Positions 7,605-17,600 of a stretch of DNA of 64,000 nucleotides are shown piece after piece (within the stretch, counting starts at the first letter, position 1; every line of letters starts with the position of its first letter). A program made the position numbers and the translations under genes. This stretch comes from a virus, in IMG/VR virus record IMGVR_UViG_3300036945_000814, positions 32,001-96,000 of that record. One strand, given 5' to 3'. The notes under the pieces were generated by a model. It was given only the letters and a program-made list of their open reading frames with translations. It made no database searches and was not told the origin of the DNA.

Positions 7605-10600
7605 ATGAGCCTGATCCTCGACCTCAAGAAAAGCGCCGCCATCCTGAACGCAGGCGGCGAGGGGCAAGAGAAGCGGTGGACGCGCTATCCGGGCGCCGCC
7701 AGCATGTTCAACGCCCGCGACGCCGAGCACCGCGAGACGCAGCGGCTCATGACGCAGATGCCCACGCCGAAGCTCGCCATCAGCGACGGCAACTTCACGA
7801 GCCCCGACGACGTGGTGAAGGGCCTCGGCTTTGGCGCCACCGACGAGACGTTGTGGGCGCACCGCGTGGCCCGCATGGTCGCCCGCGCGCCGAGCGAAAT
7901 GGCGCTGCGCAAGGCTGTCGTCGGCGACCTCCGCGGCGAGGCCCTTGAGCCCCCGCTGCGCGCCGAGCTTGGCCGCCGCATCCTCTCGCTGTACCGGCAG
8001 AGCGCCGGCGGCAAGCCGCTTGAGAAGGGCTTTCCGCCGAAGAAGGGCGCTCCGCCCGCCGGCGGCCGCCCGCCCATGATGGGCGCCCCCGACGAAGACG
8101 AGGGCAACAGCGCCGGCGGCGACGGCGCCGCCGGTCCCGCCCCGATGCCGAAGCCCGCGATGAAGCCGGGCGGCCCGATGGGCAAGCCCGCCTCTCTCGG
8201 CGGCAAGCCCGGCGAGGCCCCCGGCGGCGTCGGCCGCAACCCCGCCGTCGACGCCGCGGAGCTGACCGAGCTGCCCGACGACAAGAGCCTGTTGCAGAAC
8301 AAGATCCATGCGCTGCACGAAGACCTCAAGAGCTGCCAAGGCCCGATCACCGGCAACGCCGCGCTGATCCACATGCACAACGACATCAAGGCGCAGATGC
8401 GCGCCGCCTACCGCGATCCGAACCCCGAGATCGTGAGCGACATCGATCACAAGATCCATCACTTCAAGAAGATGCTCGAAGGCCCGCCCCCGCCCGAGGT
8501 CGACCCCAACGACCCCAACGCGCAGGGCGACCCCGGCGCCGGTGGCTACGGCGACCGTGGCGGCCCGCCCAAGCCCGGAGCGATGGCCGGATCCCCGCCC
8601 TCCGGCCGGCAGCCCGGCAAGCGCCCTCCGCCGCCGCCCATGATGGGCAAGAGCGAGCGCGCCAAGGGCGCCCGAAAAGGAGGGCCACCCCGCCCTTTTG
8701 ACCTTGGCCGCCGCGCGATTGCCGCGGCGGCCTTCGACGACTTCTGCAAGGGCGCCGGACACAAGTACCTGCGGCGCCTGCCGACGGGGAAGGCGAAGCC
8801 GCGCTATCGCTACATCTACAACGCCGCCAAGGCCGTCGACACCAAGGCGCGCCCGAGCGTCGGCGAGAAGATCAAGGTCGATCACAACGGACAGGCCGGT
8901 CACTACGAGGTGAAGCGCGTCATGCGCTCCGGGCAGGTCGAGATCCATCACGACGAGACGGGTCACCGCATGGTGATCCACCGATCCAAGCTGCACGACC
9001 TCGTGCGCGACGTCCACGCACCCGCCAAGCTCGACCGCCAGCTCGAAAACCAACGCCTCGACGAAGCGCACCGCAAGGTCGACATGCTTCCCCGATCCAA
9101 GCAGGGCGTGCTCGACAGTATCAAGGCCGCGAGCGGCATCGACGACCACGACCTCGCACAAGCCGACGCGGCCTACGCCGCGTGGAAGGGCCGCGGCCGC
9201 AAAGGCCCGAAGCCGACGCGCGCTGGCAAGGGCGGCGAGCTTGACTCGTTCTCCGGCGACCTCAAGCGCGGCAAGCACTACTCGTCGCTGCTCGAAGCGT
9301 TCGAGGTCGCCACCAAGGGCGCAAAGACGTGGCGCGACATCGCGCCCGTGATCCAACAGCTCCGCGAGGTGCCGGGATTCGAGAACGCGCACCTTCCCGA
9401 AGACGCCTTGCTGCGGCACGCGATGCAGGACCGGGAGCGCGAAGACGCCCCCGACACGCGCCGCGTGGACCCCGAGACGTATGGATCGACGCTGTCGAAC
9501 ACCGTCGATGACGGCGGCTTTGACTGGACGAGCGGCGAGCAGCACCCGGCCCTGTCCACGCCCTCGCAGCTCAAGGCGGCGAAGAAGCGCGCCGCAGCAG
9601 CGAAGAAGGCCGGCAAGGCCGCCGAGCCCGTCGCCCCGCCGCGCGAGGCCCCCGCCGTCGCCGACGACGAGCCCTACACGCCGTCGGACCCCGACGCCCC
9701 CGGCGCGGACAGTGGCGAGCCCGAGCCCGCCGGCGATGTTTCTTTCGACTTCGGCGCCAGCGCGCCCGACGAGCCCGATGAGTGGGGAACCGATATGTGG
9801 CGATCCGACGTGAACCTTGTCCTCGATCTGCGCAAGGCCGCGGACATTTTCGACGGCGTCTCCAAAGAGGAAGCGCGTGGCCTCGCCCGTGCGCTCAACG
9901 TCGACATGGGGAAGATCGATCTCGCACAGTGGAAGCGGGGCATCGCGCATGAGCGCGAGCACTCCGACCTCACCCGCGACCCCGTCAAGATCGCGCGCAT
10001 CGCTCTCGCCCACCTCAAAGAAGATCCATCGTACTACGTCAAGCTCGGCAAGATGGAGAAGGCCGACGGCGGCACCGTGACGATGAAGGCCCCCAAGGCG
10101 CCCGCGCCGCCAGCGCCAAAGGCCCCCGCTCCCGCCCCCAAGGCCCCGAGCGCGTCTCCCGCTCCCGCCGCCGCCCCCAAGCCCCCGAGCGCCCCCGCGC
10201 CGTCCGCAGGGGCATCCACGGCCGTCGGCCGGGCACCGAAGCCCCCGAGCGCCAGCGCGCCCCCGCCGCCGTCGGCGAAGCCGACGGCGCCCCCGCCGTC
10301 GAGCGCAGCAGCTCCGACCAAGGCCGGCCCGGCCCCGAGCGAGCCCGCGCACGCCAAGTTCCAAGAGCTGCAAGCCAAGCACGCCGAGGCCCTGTCGTCG
10401 CTCCAAAGCGCGCACGCCGCCATGACCGCGCACGCCGAGAAGCACGGCATCGCCATGCCCTCGTCGAGCGCGCCGCCGACGACGTCGAACGCACCGACGG
10501 CGATCTCGGGCAGCGGCCCGCGCGTCGACCACAGCGTCGCCCGCGGTCCAAGCTCGGCAGCGCCCGCCGCCCCGGCGGCGCACGATGACGACGTGTTCGC

Positions 10601-13600
10601 CCCCATCGGTTCCGGCGGAGGTGCCACCGGCGTCGCCCGCAAGACGCCCGCCCCCGGCAAGCCTGCCGCTGGCAGCGACGGCAGCGAGTTCAAGCACCTT
10701 TCCGGCCCCGTCTCCGGCGAGACGCCCGAGGAGTCGGTGCCCAAGGCCGACGGCATCCTCGCCCACGGCGTCGTCGGTCACACGTCGAGCGGCAAGCAGG
10801 TGTCGCTCGGCATGAACACCGACAAGCTCACGCCGCAGGAGGCGCACGAGGCGTCGTTGCTGCACCGTGACGCGCAGGAGCACTTGCTCAACGCGGCACG
10901 GCACACGGGCAACGCCGAGTACAAGACCGCCGCGCGTGCGCACCTCGACGCCGAGTTTTCGCACGCATCGAGCAGCGTGAGCGCGACCGCTCAAGCCACC
11001 GATCCGACTGAGCAGAAGCCGTGGGCCGGTCCCGGCGGAGGCGGGCCGGGCGCGCGCACCGCGGACGAGCACAAGCAGCAGGCGGCGGCCACGGACGCTG
11101 TCGCCGACAAGCACGAGGCGGCCGGAAACACCAAGCTGGCGACGGTGTACCGCACCGCCGCTGACGCATCACGCAAGGCAGCGGCCTCGGCCCCGGCGAA
11201 GCCCGGCGCGGCGCCTGCGGCGCACGATGACGACGTGTTCGCACCGATGGGATCGGCCACGAAGTCTCTGTCGGCGGTGTGGGATCGGTTGTCCGCGTGG
11301 CACCCGTCGCCCATGTGGGCGGGCGAGGACATCGGCATGAGCTTCGGCCACCTTCTGAGCAAGGCGATGGGCGTCGAGCAGGCCGGGCACAAGTACATCA
11401 AGCGCACAGCCAAGGCCGGCGGCGGGTACGACTACGTCTACGCCGACGAGCCCCACAGCAAGGAAACGCTCAAGGGTGCGCCCATCGGGTCGACCTTGAC
11501 GGCGCTGCACAATGGATCGTCGGCGACGTACACGAAGAAGGGCAAGGACGACTGGCACGGCGCCACCGGCGGCCCGATCTCGTCGGGATGGTTCGTGGGC
11601 AAGCCCGGAATGCTCACGCACGGCCCCGCACACCCCGAGCCCGTCCACGCGCCGGCGCCGGCGCCCGTCGCAGCTCCGCCGGCACCGAAGCCCACGGCCT
11701 CGAAGCCTGCCGGCAAGCCCGTGCAGGGCAGCCTGTTTGACATGCTGACGGCGCCCGCCCCGGCGGCCGAGCGCCCCAACAACTTCGAGACGATGCCCGA
11801 CAAGCCGGCGGCGTCACCGATGGCGGAGGCCGTGAAGGAAGCCGAGAAGCAGCCGGCGACGTTCGAGGTGCAGGCCGCTGCGGCCATCGACGACGCGAAC
11901 GCCGCCGACGACCGCGGCGACGAGGCCGCCCACCGCGAAGCAAGCAAGCGCCTCGCCGAGATCCGATCTGCGGCCGCCGAGGCCGAAAAGCCCGCAGCGC
12001 CCGAGCGCGACCGCCCCAACAACTTCGTCACCATGCCGGATCCCGAGCCCGGCGAGGCCAAGCCGAAGGCGCCGTCGGCCGCCGAGAAGACGAAGCGCGA
12101 GAAGTTCGAGGAAGCCAAGGCCAAGGCCGGCGCAGCCTCACCGATGGCCGAAGCGACGAAGGAAGCCACCAAGCAGCCCGCCGACGTGAGCGGCGCGTGG
12201 AAGCTCACCTACGACGCGGAGGCGGAAGACGCGGAAGAGGCCAAGATCAGCGAGCGCCACGCGAAGTTTCTGGAGGACAAGAAGAAGGCCCTCGCCGTCG
12301 CCGAACGCGCTCAAAAGAGCGCGCAGCACAGCATCGACTACGACAAAGAGCACTTCAAGATGAAGCGCGACGGCGTGCCGTGGGCCGCGAAGCCGACGCA
12401 GCTCAAGTCGCTGCAACTGCGCACCGCAGAGCTGGCGCACGCCAAGATGGATCTTGAGTACTCCACGCAGCGTTTTGCAGGCGCCGCCAAAGAGCGAGCG
12501 GAGCAGCGCGCCACCCGCAAGGCCGCCGCGGAGCGCCATGTGCGTGAAGCCCCGGAGCGCACGAAGGTCGCAGCCGCGGCCCGCGAGCGCATCGCCGCCG
12601 AAGAGGCACGCCAGAAGGCGGCCCGGCTCGTGATGACCGAGTCGACGAAGACCTCCCGCCAGCGCGAGCGCGAGACGGGTGAGCACATCGCCGCTTCGGC
12701 AAAGGACCGCTCAGACGAACGTCGCATGATCACGACGGGCGACCTTGGATCGATGACGTTCTCCGACGCGCACCGTCTCGTGAACAAGCGGAACGCGATG
12801 CCGGTCTACGGCGCCGACGAGTTCCAAGCCAAGGGCGCGAGCCCCGGCGCGGCCCACATGGGCCTCGCGCTGGCGAACCTCATCGCGCCGTCGCCGCCCG
12901 AGGACAGTGACGACGCCCGCCGCCGGTACCTTGAGGGCATCCGCCTCGTGCATGGCGTGCTGGACAGCGCGAACACCGTCGCCGACTACGCCGAGGCGCG
13001 CAAAGAGCTTGCGGCCATGCACAGCGGCGACAACGTCCCGAAGACGGAGATCCATTCAGCCGTCAAAAAGACGGCTGACGAAAAGGCGGCTGACGTCAGA
13101 AAATACCAAGCGGACTACCGCGCTTGGCAGTCCTCCCACAGCGGCACTCGCCCCGAGTCGCCGCAGGACTATCACGGCATCACCACCTACCCCGGAAACT
13201 ACATCCGCGAGGTGTTGACGCCCCGTGTGAAGGCGCAAGATCCAGACCTTGAGGTCGGCTACGAGTACGTCGATTCTGGCGGCGCCGGTGAGCGTCTGTC
13301 GTTCTTCACCTATTCCAAGTCGAGGAAAGAGGCGATGCGCAAGACCATCGACGCCCTCGGCAAGAGGTTCGTCGATCATGTGGTCGGCGACGGGAAGGTC
13401 TGGAACGACGCGAAGGCCAAGGCGCAGGAAGCCGAAGACATGGGCCTTGCCGGGTGGGATCACCTCGACAAGACCGACGAGGAAAAGGCACGAGCGCGGG
13501 AAGCCACCAAAGCCGAGAAGGCGAAGCTGGCGGAGAACGAGAGTGGCAGCGGCAAGGAAACCAAGCTCCGCTGGCGCCGGTCGATCTCGAAAAAGCCCGC

Positions 13601-14618
13601 CGTGATCGGCGCCAAGGTCACGATCACAGACTCGGACCCCGAGCGGTTCCGCAAGACCTTCAACTTCCGTGGCGAGCAGCCCGGCGAGGCCATCCCCGAC
13701 GCCGAGCTGAATCACCACCGCAAGTACGCCGAAATGGCGTTCCACGACCTCGCCGACGTGCTCGGCATCGAGCCCCGGCAGGTGTCGATGAACGGTCGGC
13801 TCGCGATGGCGTTTGCCGCGCGCGGCAAGGGCGGAGCGATGGCCCACTATGAGCCGGCGGAAAAGGTCATCAACGTCACCCGGTTCGCAGGTGCCGGTAC
13901 CGTCGCCCACGAGTGGGGGCACTTCATGGACAACATCGTCGCCGAGCTGCACCGAGGTGGGTCCACCAAGAGCGCCGTGTACGCATCCGCGGGTGAGGGC
14001 GAGGGGATGCCGGCGGAGCTTGCCGCGGCCTACGCGAAGTTCAACGCCGCGCTGAAAGAGCCGAACCCCAAGACGATCGAACGCTTGAAGAAGGATCACG
14101 CCGACCTCGACAAAGAGTACGAGGACACGCGGAAAATGCTGAGAGAACACCCCGCGAACACGAGGGCCGACAAGACACCCGAGCAGCGCAAGGCCGACGT
14201 GGACAGCTACAACGTGATCGTCAAGAACCTTGGGCACATTTCCACGCAGCAAAAGCTCATCCAAAACTTCCTGCGCAACCCGACGTCGGACTACATGCAC
14301 GACGCCATCGGCCGCGACGGCGGAAGGCGCGGCAAGTATTGGTCGAACCCGCAGGAGCTTTTCGCCCGCGCCTTTGAGAGTCATGTGCAGCACAAGCTCG
14401 AAAGCCAAGGCCGGCGCAACAGCTACCTCGTCGACGGCGCTGTCGGCCCCGGCAGCCCCTACCCGCAGGACGATGAGCTGTCGAAGATCCACGGCGCGAT
14501 CGGTGGCATCATCACGGCCATTCACGGCGCCAAGCTCTTCGAGAAGGCCCTCAAGGCGCTATCGTCTGTCCCGCTGACGGCGCGGCGGCGCGGCCCCAAG
14601 CTCGTGATCGCCGCTTAG
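7605..14618 (+). CDS. Giant polyvalent head-associated protein (2337 aa): Pro/Ala linkers, two GHKY modules, DUF5661-like domain, C-terminal zincin (HEWGH) plus LPD1-like domain
   Basis: GIAHEREH...IALAHLKEDPSYYVKL (DUF5661-like); LAMAFAARGKGGAMAHYEP...AGTVAHEWGHFMD and YWSNPQELFARAFE (LPD1-associated metallopeptidase fold); lies between terL and portal. Confidence 0.85.
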   Translation: MSLILDLKKSAAILNAGGEGQEKRWTRYPGAASMFNARDAEHRETQRLMTQMPTPKLAISDGNFTSPDDVVKGLGFGATDETLWAHRVARMVARAPSEMALRKAVVGDLRGEALEPPLRAELGRRILSLYRQSAGGKPLEKGFPPKKGAPPAGGRPPMMGAPDEDEGNSAGGDGAAGPAPMPKPAMKPGGPMGKPASLGGKPGEAPGGVGRNPAVDAAELTELPDDKSLLQNKIHALHEDLKSCQGPITGNAALIHMHNDIKAQMRAAYRDPNPEIVSDIDHKIHHFKKMLEGPPPPEVDPNDPNAQGDPGAGGYGDRGGPPKPGAMAGSPPSGRQPGKRPPPPPMMGKSERAKGARKGGPPRPFDLGRRAIAAAAFDDFCKGAGHKYLRRLPTGKAKPRYRYIYNAAKAVDTKARPSVGEKIKVDHNGQAGHYEVKRVMRSGQVEIHHDETGHRMVIHRSKLHDLVRDVHAPAKLDRQLENQRLDEAHRKVDMLPRSKQGVLDSIKAASGIDDHDLAQADAAYAAWKGRGRKGPKPTRAGKGGELDSFSGDLKRGKHYSSLLEAFEVATKGAKTWRDIAPVIQQLREVPGFENAHLPEDALLRHAMQDREREDAPDTRRVDPETYGSTLSNTVDDGGFDWTSGEQHPALSTPSQLKAAKKRAAAAKKAGKAAEPVAPPREAPAVADDEPYTPSDPDAPGADSGEPEPAGDVSFDFGASAPDEPDEWGTDMWRSDVNLVLDLRKAADIFDGVSKEEARGLARALNVDMGKIDLAQWKRGIAHEREHSDLTRDPVKIARIALAHLKEDPSYYVKLGKMEKADGGTVTMKAPKAPAPPAPKAPAPAPKAPSASPAPAAAPKPPSAPAPSAGASTAVGRAPKPPSASAPPPPSAKPTAPPPSSAAAPTKAGPAPSEPAHAKFQELQAKHAEALSSLQSAHAAMTAHAEKHGIAMPSSSAPPTTSNAPTAISGSGPRVDHSVARGPSSAAPAAPAAHDDDVFAPIGSGGGATGVARKTPAPGKPAAGSDGSEFKHLSGPVSGETPEESVPKADGILAHGVVGHTSSGKQVSLGMNTDKLTPQEAHEASLLHRDAQEHLLNAARHTGNAEYKTAARAHLDAEFSHASSSVSATAQATDPTEQKPWAGPGGGGPGARTADEHKQQAAATDAVADKHEAAGNTKLATVYRTAADASRKAAASAPAKPGAAPAAHDDDVFAPMGSATKSLSAVWDRLSAWHPSPMWAGEDIGMSFGHLLSKAMGVEQAGHKYIKRTAKAGGGYDYVYADEPHSKETLKGAPIGSTLTALHNGSSATYTKKGKDDWHGATGGPISSGWFVGKPGMLTHGPAHPEPVHAPAPAPVAAPPAPKPTASKPAGKPVQGSLFDMLTAPAPAAERPNNFETMPDKPAASPMAEAVKEAEKQPATFEVQAAAAIDDANAADDRGDEAAHREASKRLAEIRSAAAEAEKPAAPERDRPNNFVTMPDPEPGEAKPKAPSAAEKTKREKFEEAKAKAGAASPMAEATKEATKQPADVSGAWKLTYDAEAEDAEEAKISERHAKFLEDKKKALAVAERAQKSAQHSIDYDKEHFKMKRDGVPWAAKPTQLKSLQLRTAELAHAKMDLEYSTQRFAGAAKERAEQRATRKAAAERHVREAPERTKVAAAARERIAAEEARQKAARLVMTESTKTSRQRERETGEHIAASAKDRSDERRMITTGDLGSMTFSDAHRLVNKRNAMPVYGADEFQAKGASPGAAHMGLALANLIAPSPPEDSDDARRRYLEGIRLVHGVLDSANTVADYAEARKELAAMHSGDNVPKTEIHSAVKKTADEKAADVRKYQADYRAWQSSHSGTRPESPQDYHGITTYPGNYIREVLTPRVKAQDPDLEVGYEYVDSGGAGERLSFFTYSKSRKEAMRKTIDALGKRFVDHVVGDGKVWNDAKAKAQEAEDMGLAGWDHLDKTDEEKARAREATKAEKAKLAENESGSGKETKLRWRRSISKKPAVIGAKVTITDSDPERFRKTFNFRGEQPGEAIPDAELNHHRKYAEMAFHDLADVLGIEPRQVSMNGRLAMAFAARGKGGAMAHYEPAEKVINVTRFAGAGTVAHEWGHFMDNIVAELHRGGSTKSAVYASAGEGEGMPAELAAAYAKFNAALKEPNPKTIERLKKDHADLDKEYEDTRKMLREHPANTRADKTPEQRKADVDSYNVIVKNLGHISTQQKLIQNFLRNPTSDYMHDAIGRDGGRRGKYWSNPQELFARAFESHVQHKLESQGRRNSYLVDGAVGPGSPYPQDDELSKIHGAIGGIITAIHGAKLFEKALKALSSVPLTARRRGPKLVIAA
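10575..11242 (+). repeat. Direct repeat pair encoding AAHDDDVFAP
   Basis: 26 identical nt (gcggcgcacgatgacgacgtgttcgc) at 10575-10600 and 11217-11242. Confidence 0.85.
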
Positions 14619-14629
14619 GCGTCTCACGG

Positions 14630-14657
14630 TTGACACTACGAATGGAGCGCCTACAAT
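14630..14657 (+). promoter_or_regulatory. Near-consensus sigma70 promoter
   Basis: TTGACA (14630-14635)-N16-TACAAT (14652-14657); predicted +1 falls at about the ATG at 14665. Confidence 0.7.
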
Positions 14658-17600
14658 GGTTCGCATGACCACACACGACACCATCGAAGACGCTTCCTTC
14701 GGTTTGCTGCTCAAGGCCGACATCGACGACGCCCTCGACGATCTCGAAAAGGCTTTCGGGTCGGAGCGGGCCGGCCACAAGTACAGCTCCCGCCGACGCA
14801 ACGCGAAAGGCGAGTGGGAGTACGAGTACGCCACCGACAAGACGAAGGCGCACGCGCAAATGGCGTTCACCTTCGCCGCGGCGCACGGCACCCCCGAGCA
14901 GCAGGATCGCGCCCTCGACGTGCTCAAGCGCGTCGAGCCGGACAGGTGGCCCGACCACGTCCACGCGGCCAACGTCGCGCACGAGGCCGCGGTCATCCAC
15001 GCGGCGAACGTCGCCCACGAAGCGGCCGCCCGACCCCTGCCACCATCGCCAGCGCACGAGCACAGCCCCCCGGCCGCCGCCGCGCCCCCTGCCGTCGTGA
15101 GGTTCACGCAGGGCGAGCCCAAGCCCGCCGTCGCCGCGGCCCGTGCGCTGGATGCCTCCCGTGCGAGCCTGATCCGCGCTGGCATCGGCCTGCGCGCCAA
15201 CGCAGAAGAGAAGACCCCTATCGAGGCCGTGGCCGGCCGCGCGGCCGCGCTTCGCAGCTCCGCCTCGTCGCTTTTCAATGAGTCGATCCGCATGGGCATC
15301 GTGAACGACGACCCGCGCACCGCGCGGAAGTTCACGGCCGAGGAACATCGGGCGCTGGCCGCCGCGCACACCGCCCTCTTCGACGAGTTCCGCGAGCTGT
15401 ACGCGCGCTCGATGACGATGCGCATTCGCCCGCCCTCCGGCATGACCGCCGCCGACGCCGATGCGCTCCGCTCCCAGCTCGAACGCGACTTCAAGGGGCA
15501 CGCCAAGCTCGCTCAAGCCCACAACGACGCCGCCAACGCGGCGTCGGGCAAGCCCGCACCCGCGGCCGCTGTGCCGCTCGTGGTCGCGCCTGTGGCGACT
15601 TCGGTCGCTCCGGCGCTGGACGCCGGCCCGGTGCAGCTCATGGACGCCGCCGCCCGCCTCATCGCCGAGCGTGCGAGCGGCGCGCCGCCGGCGTTCAAGG
15701 CCGTCGACAACAACCGCGTCACCATCGGTGGCGTCAAGATGATCGTGCAGGGTGGCTTCCTCGGCGACGCTCCCGCGCACCGCGCGTGGGCGGAGACGGC
15801 CGGCACGTTCTCGGCCGACGCGCAGCACTTCGACGGCGGCCGGGCCTACCGCGTCGCCACCGAGGCGGAGCGTGTGGCCGCCGTGGCGATGATCCCGCGT
15901 CTCCGCGGCTCCGTGAACGTCAACGCGCCCGCACCGGCCCCTGCCCCGGCGCCCGTCGTCGCCGAGCCCGTGCGCCCCGTCGACGACTTCACCGGCGCGT
16001 TCAGGGCGCTGAGTGACGGCAGCGGCGCCGAAGAGATCGTGACGCTCCCGTCGGGATCCAAGATCGGGCTGTCCTACGTCAGCGGACAGGCCAAGGCGCG
16101 CCCCGTCGGAGGCGGCATCGGCCGCAAATGGGATGCGACCGCGACGAAGCGCGCCCTCGCCGCCTTCGAGGCCAAGGTCGCCGCCCTCGGCCCCGCGTGG
16201 CACGCCGCCCACAACGCCATGTACGGCGTCGCCGCCGCCCCGACGCCGCTCGTGGTGGCGCCCGTGGAGACGGCCGCGCCGAAGCGCAAGCGCGCCAACA
16301 ACTTCGAGACGATGCCCGACGGCGACAGGCCCAACAACTTCGACACGATGCCCGAGGAGATCAAAGACCCGTCGCCGCGCGCCACAAAGATCCGAGAAAA
16401 CCGCGAAGCTCGCGAAGCCGAAGCCGCGTTGGAAGCCGGAGCCGAGCGACTGACGGGCGAAGAACGCCACGCCGCCCTGACCCGCATGGGCCAACACTTG
16501 CACGAGGTGCAGGACTTCCGGGCCGGCAAAGACGACACGGGCATGAGCGGCGCCGACATGCTGACGTGGCGCCGATCGACCACCGCACCCCGCAAGGCCA
16601 GCGTCCTCCGCAAGTACCGCCGCCAGCTCGTCGAGAGTTTCGGCGACCTCTACTTCAAGGCCGGGCTGCACGAGAAGGAGCCGATCCCCAAGGGGCACGT
16701 TCCTGCCGTCGGCGAATGGACCGAGCGCGGCGGGCTCGTCATCAAGGCCGACGGCTACCTCGGGACGAAGTTCAACGCATGGAAGAACCTGCTCAAAGAG
16801 CACGGCTTTCGCTGGAATGGATCACGCGGCGACGAAAGCGCCGACGGGATGCACGCAGAGAAGGCGGCGCTGCTCGACATCCCCGGCTTCATCGAGGCGG
16901 CGAACAAGATCGGGATCCATGTCGAGATCCCCGAGAAGCCCGAGGTCGCCCTCGATGCGCCAGCGGCGGCCAACGAGCCCGAGGCGCCCCTGCCCACGCC
17001 CGAGCGGCCGTCGGCGGATCGCCCGACGACCACCGAGGACACGCAGCGGGTCATCAACGCCATTCGCGCCAAGCAGGGCCAGCGCGGCACCGTCGCCGTC
17101 ACCGTGAAGCCCGACGGCAAGTTTGCTTTCTACGCCGTCGACTACCGCAAGACCGAGGTGCCCGGCTCGTTCAACCACATCATGTCGAACAAGAACGGGC
17201 AGATCACCGGGCTCATGGAGGTCGACTCCAAGGACGCTTTCTCGCGCACCACCTACGACGCCGCCCTCGTGACCGAGGCGCTTGGCAAGCTCCGCGACGC
17301 CAACCCGACCTTCCATTTCTACATCGACCCGAAGGCCGCCGCCGCCATCGACAAGGCCGGCGCCGACAAGGCCGCAGCCGAGAAGCCGATCCCAGAAGTC
17401 GAGGCCCTGCTTGCCGACGGCTTCGCGCTCAAGCCCTACCAGAACGCGATGGTGCGGTTCCTCGACAGCAACGACGGCAACGCCATCGTCGGCGACGAAA
17501 TGGGCCTTGGCAAGACGCTGCAATCGCTCGCGTGGGTGGCGAAGAACAACAAGAAGGCCATCGTCGTCGTCCCCAAGGTCGTGCGCCGCACTTGGATCGA

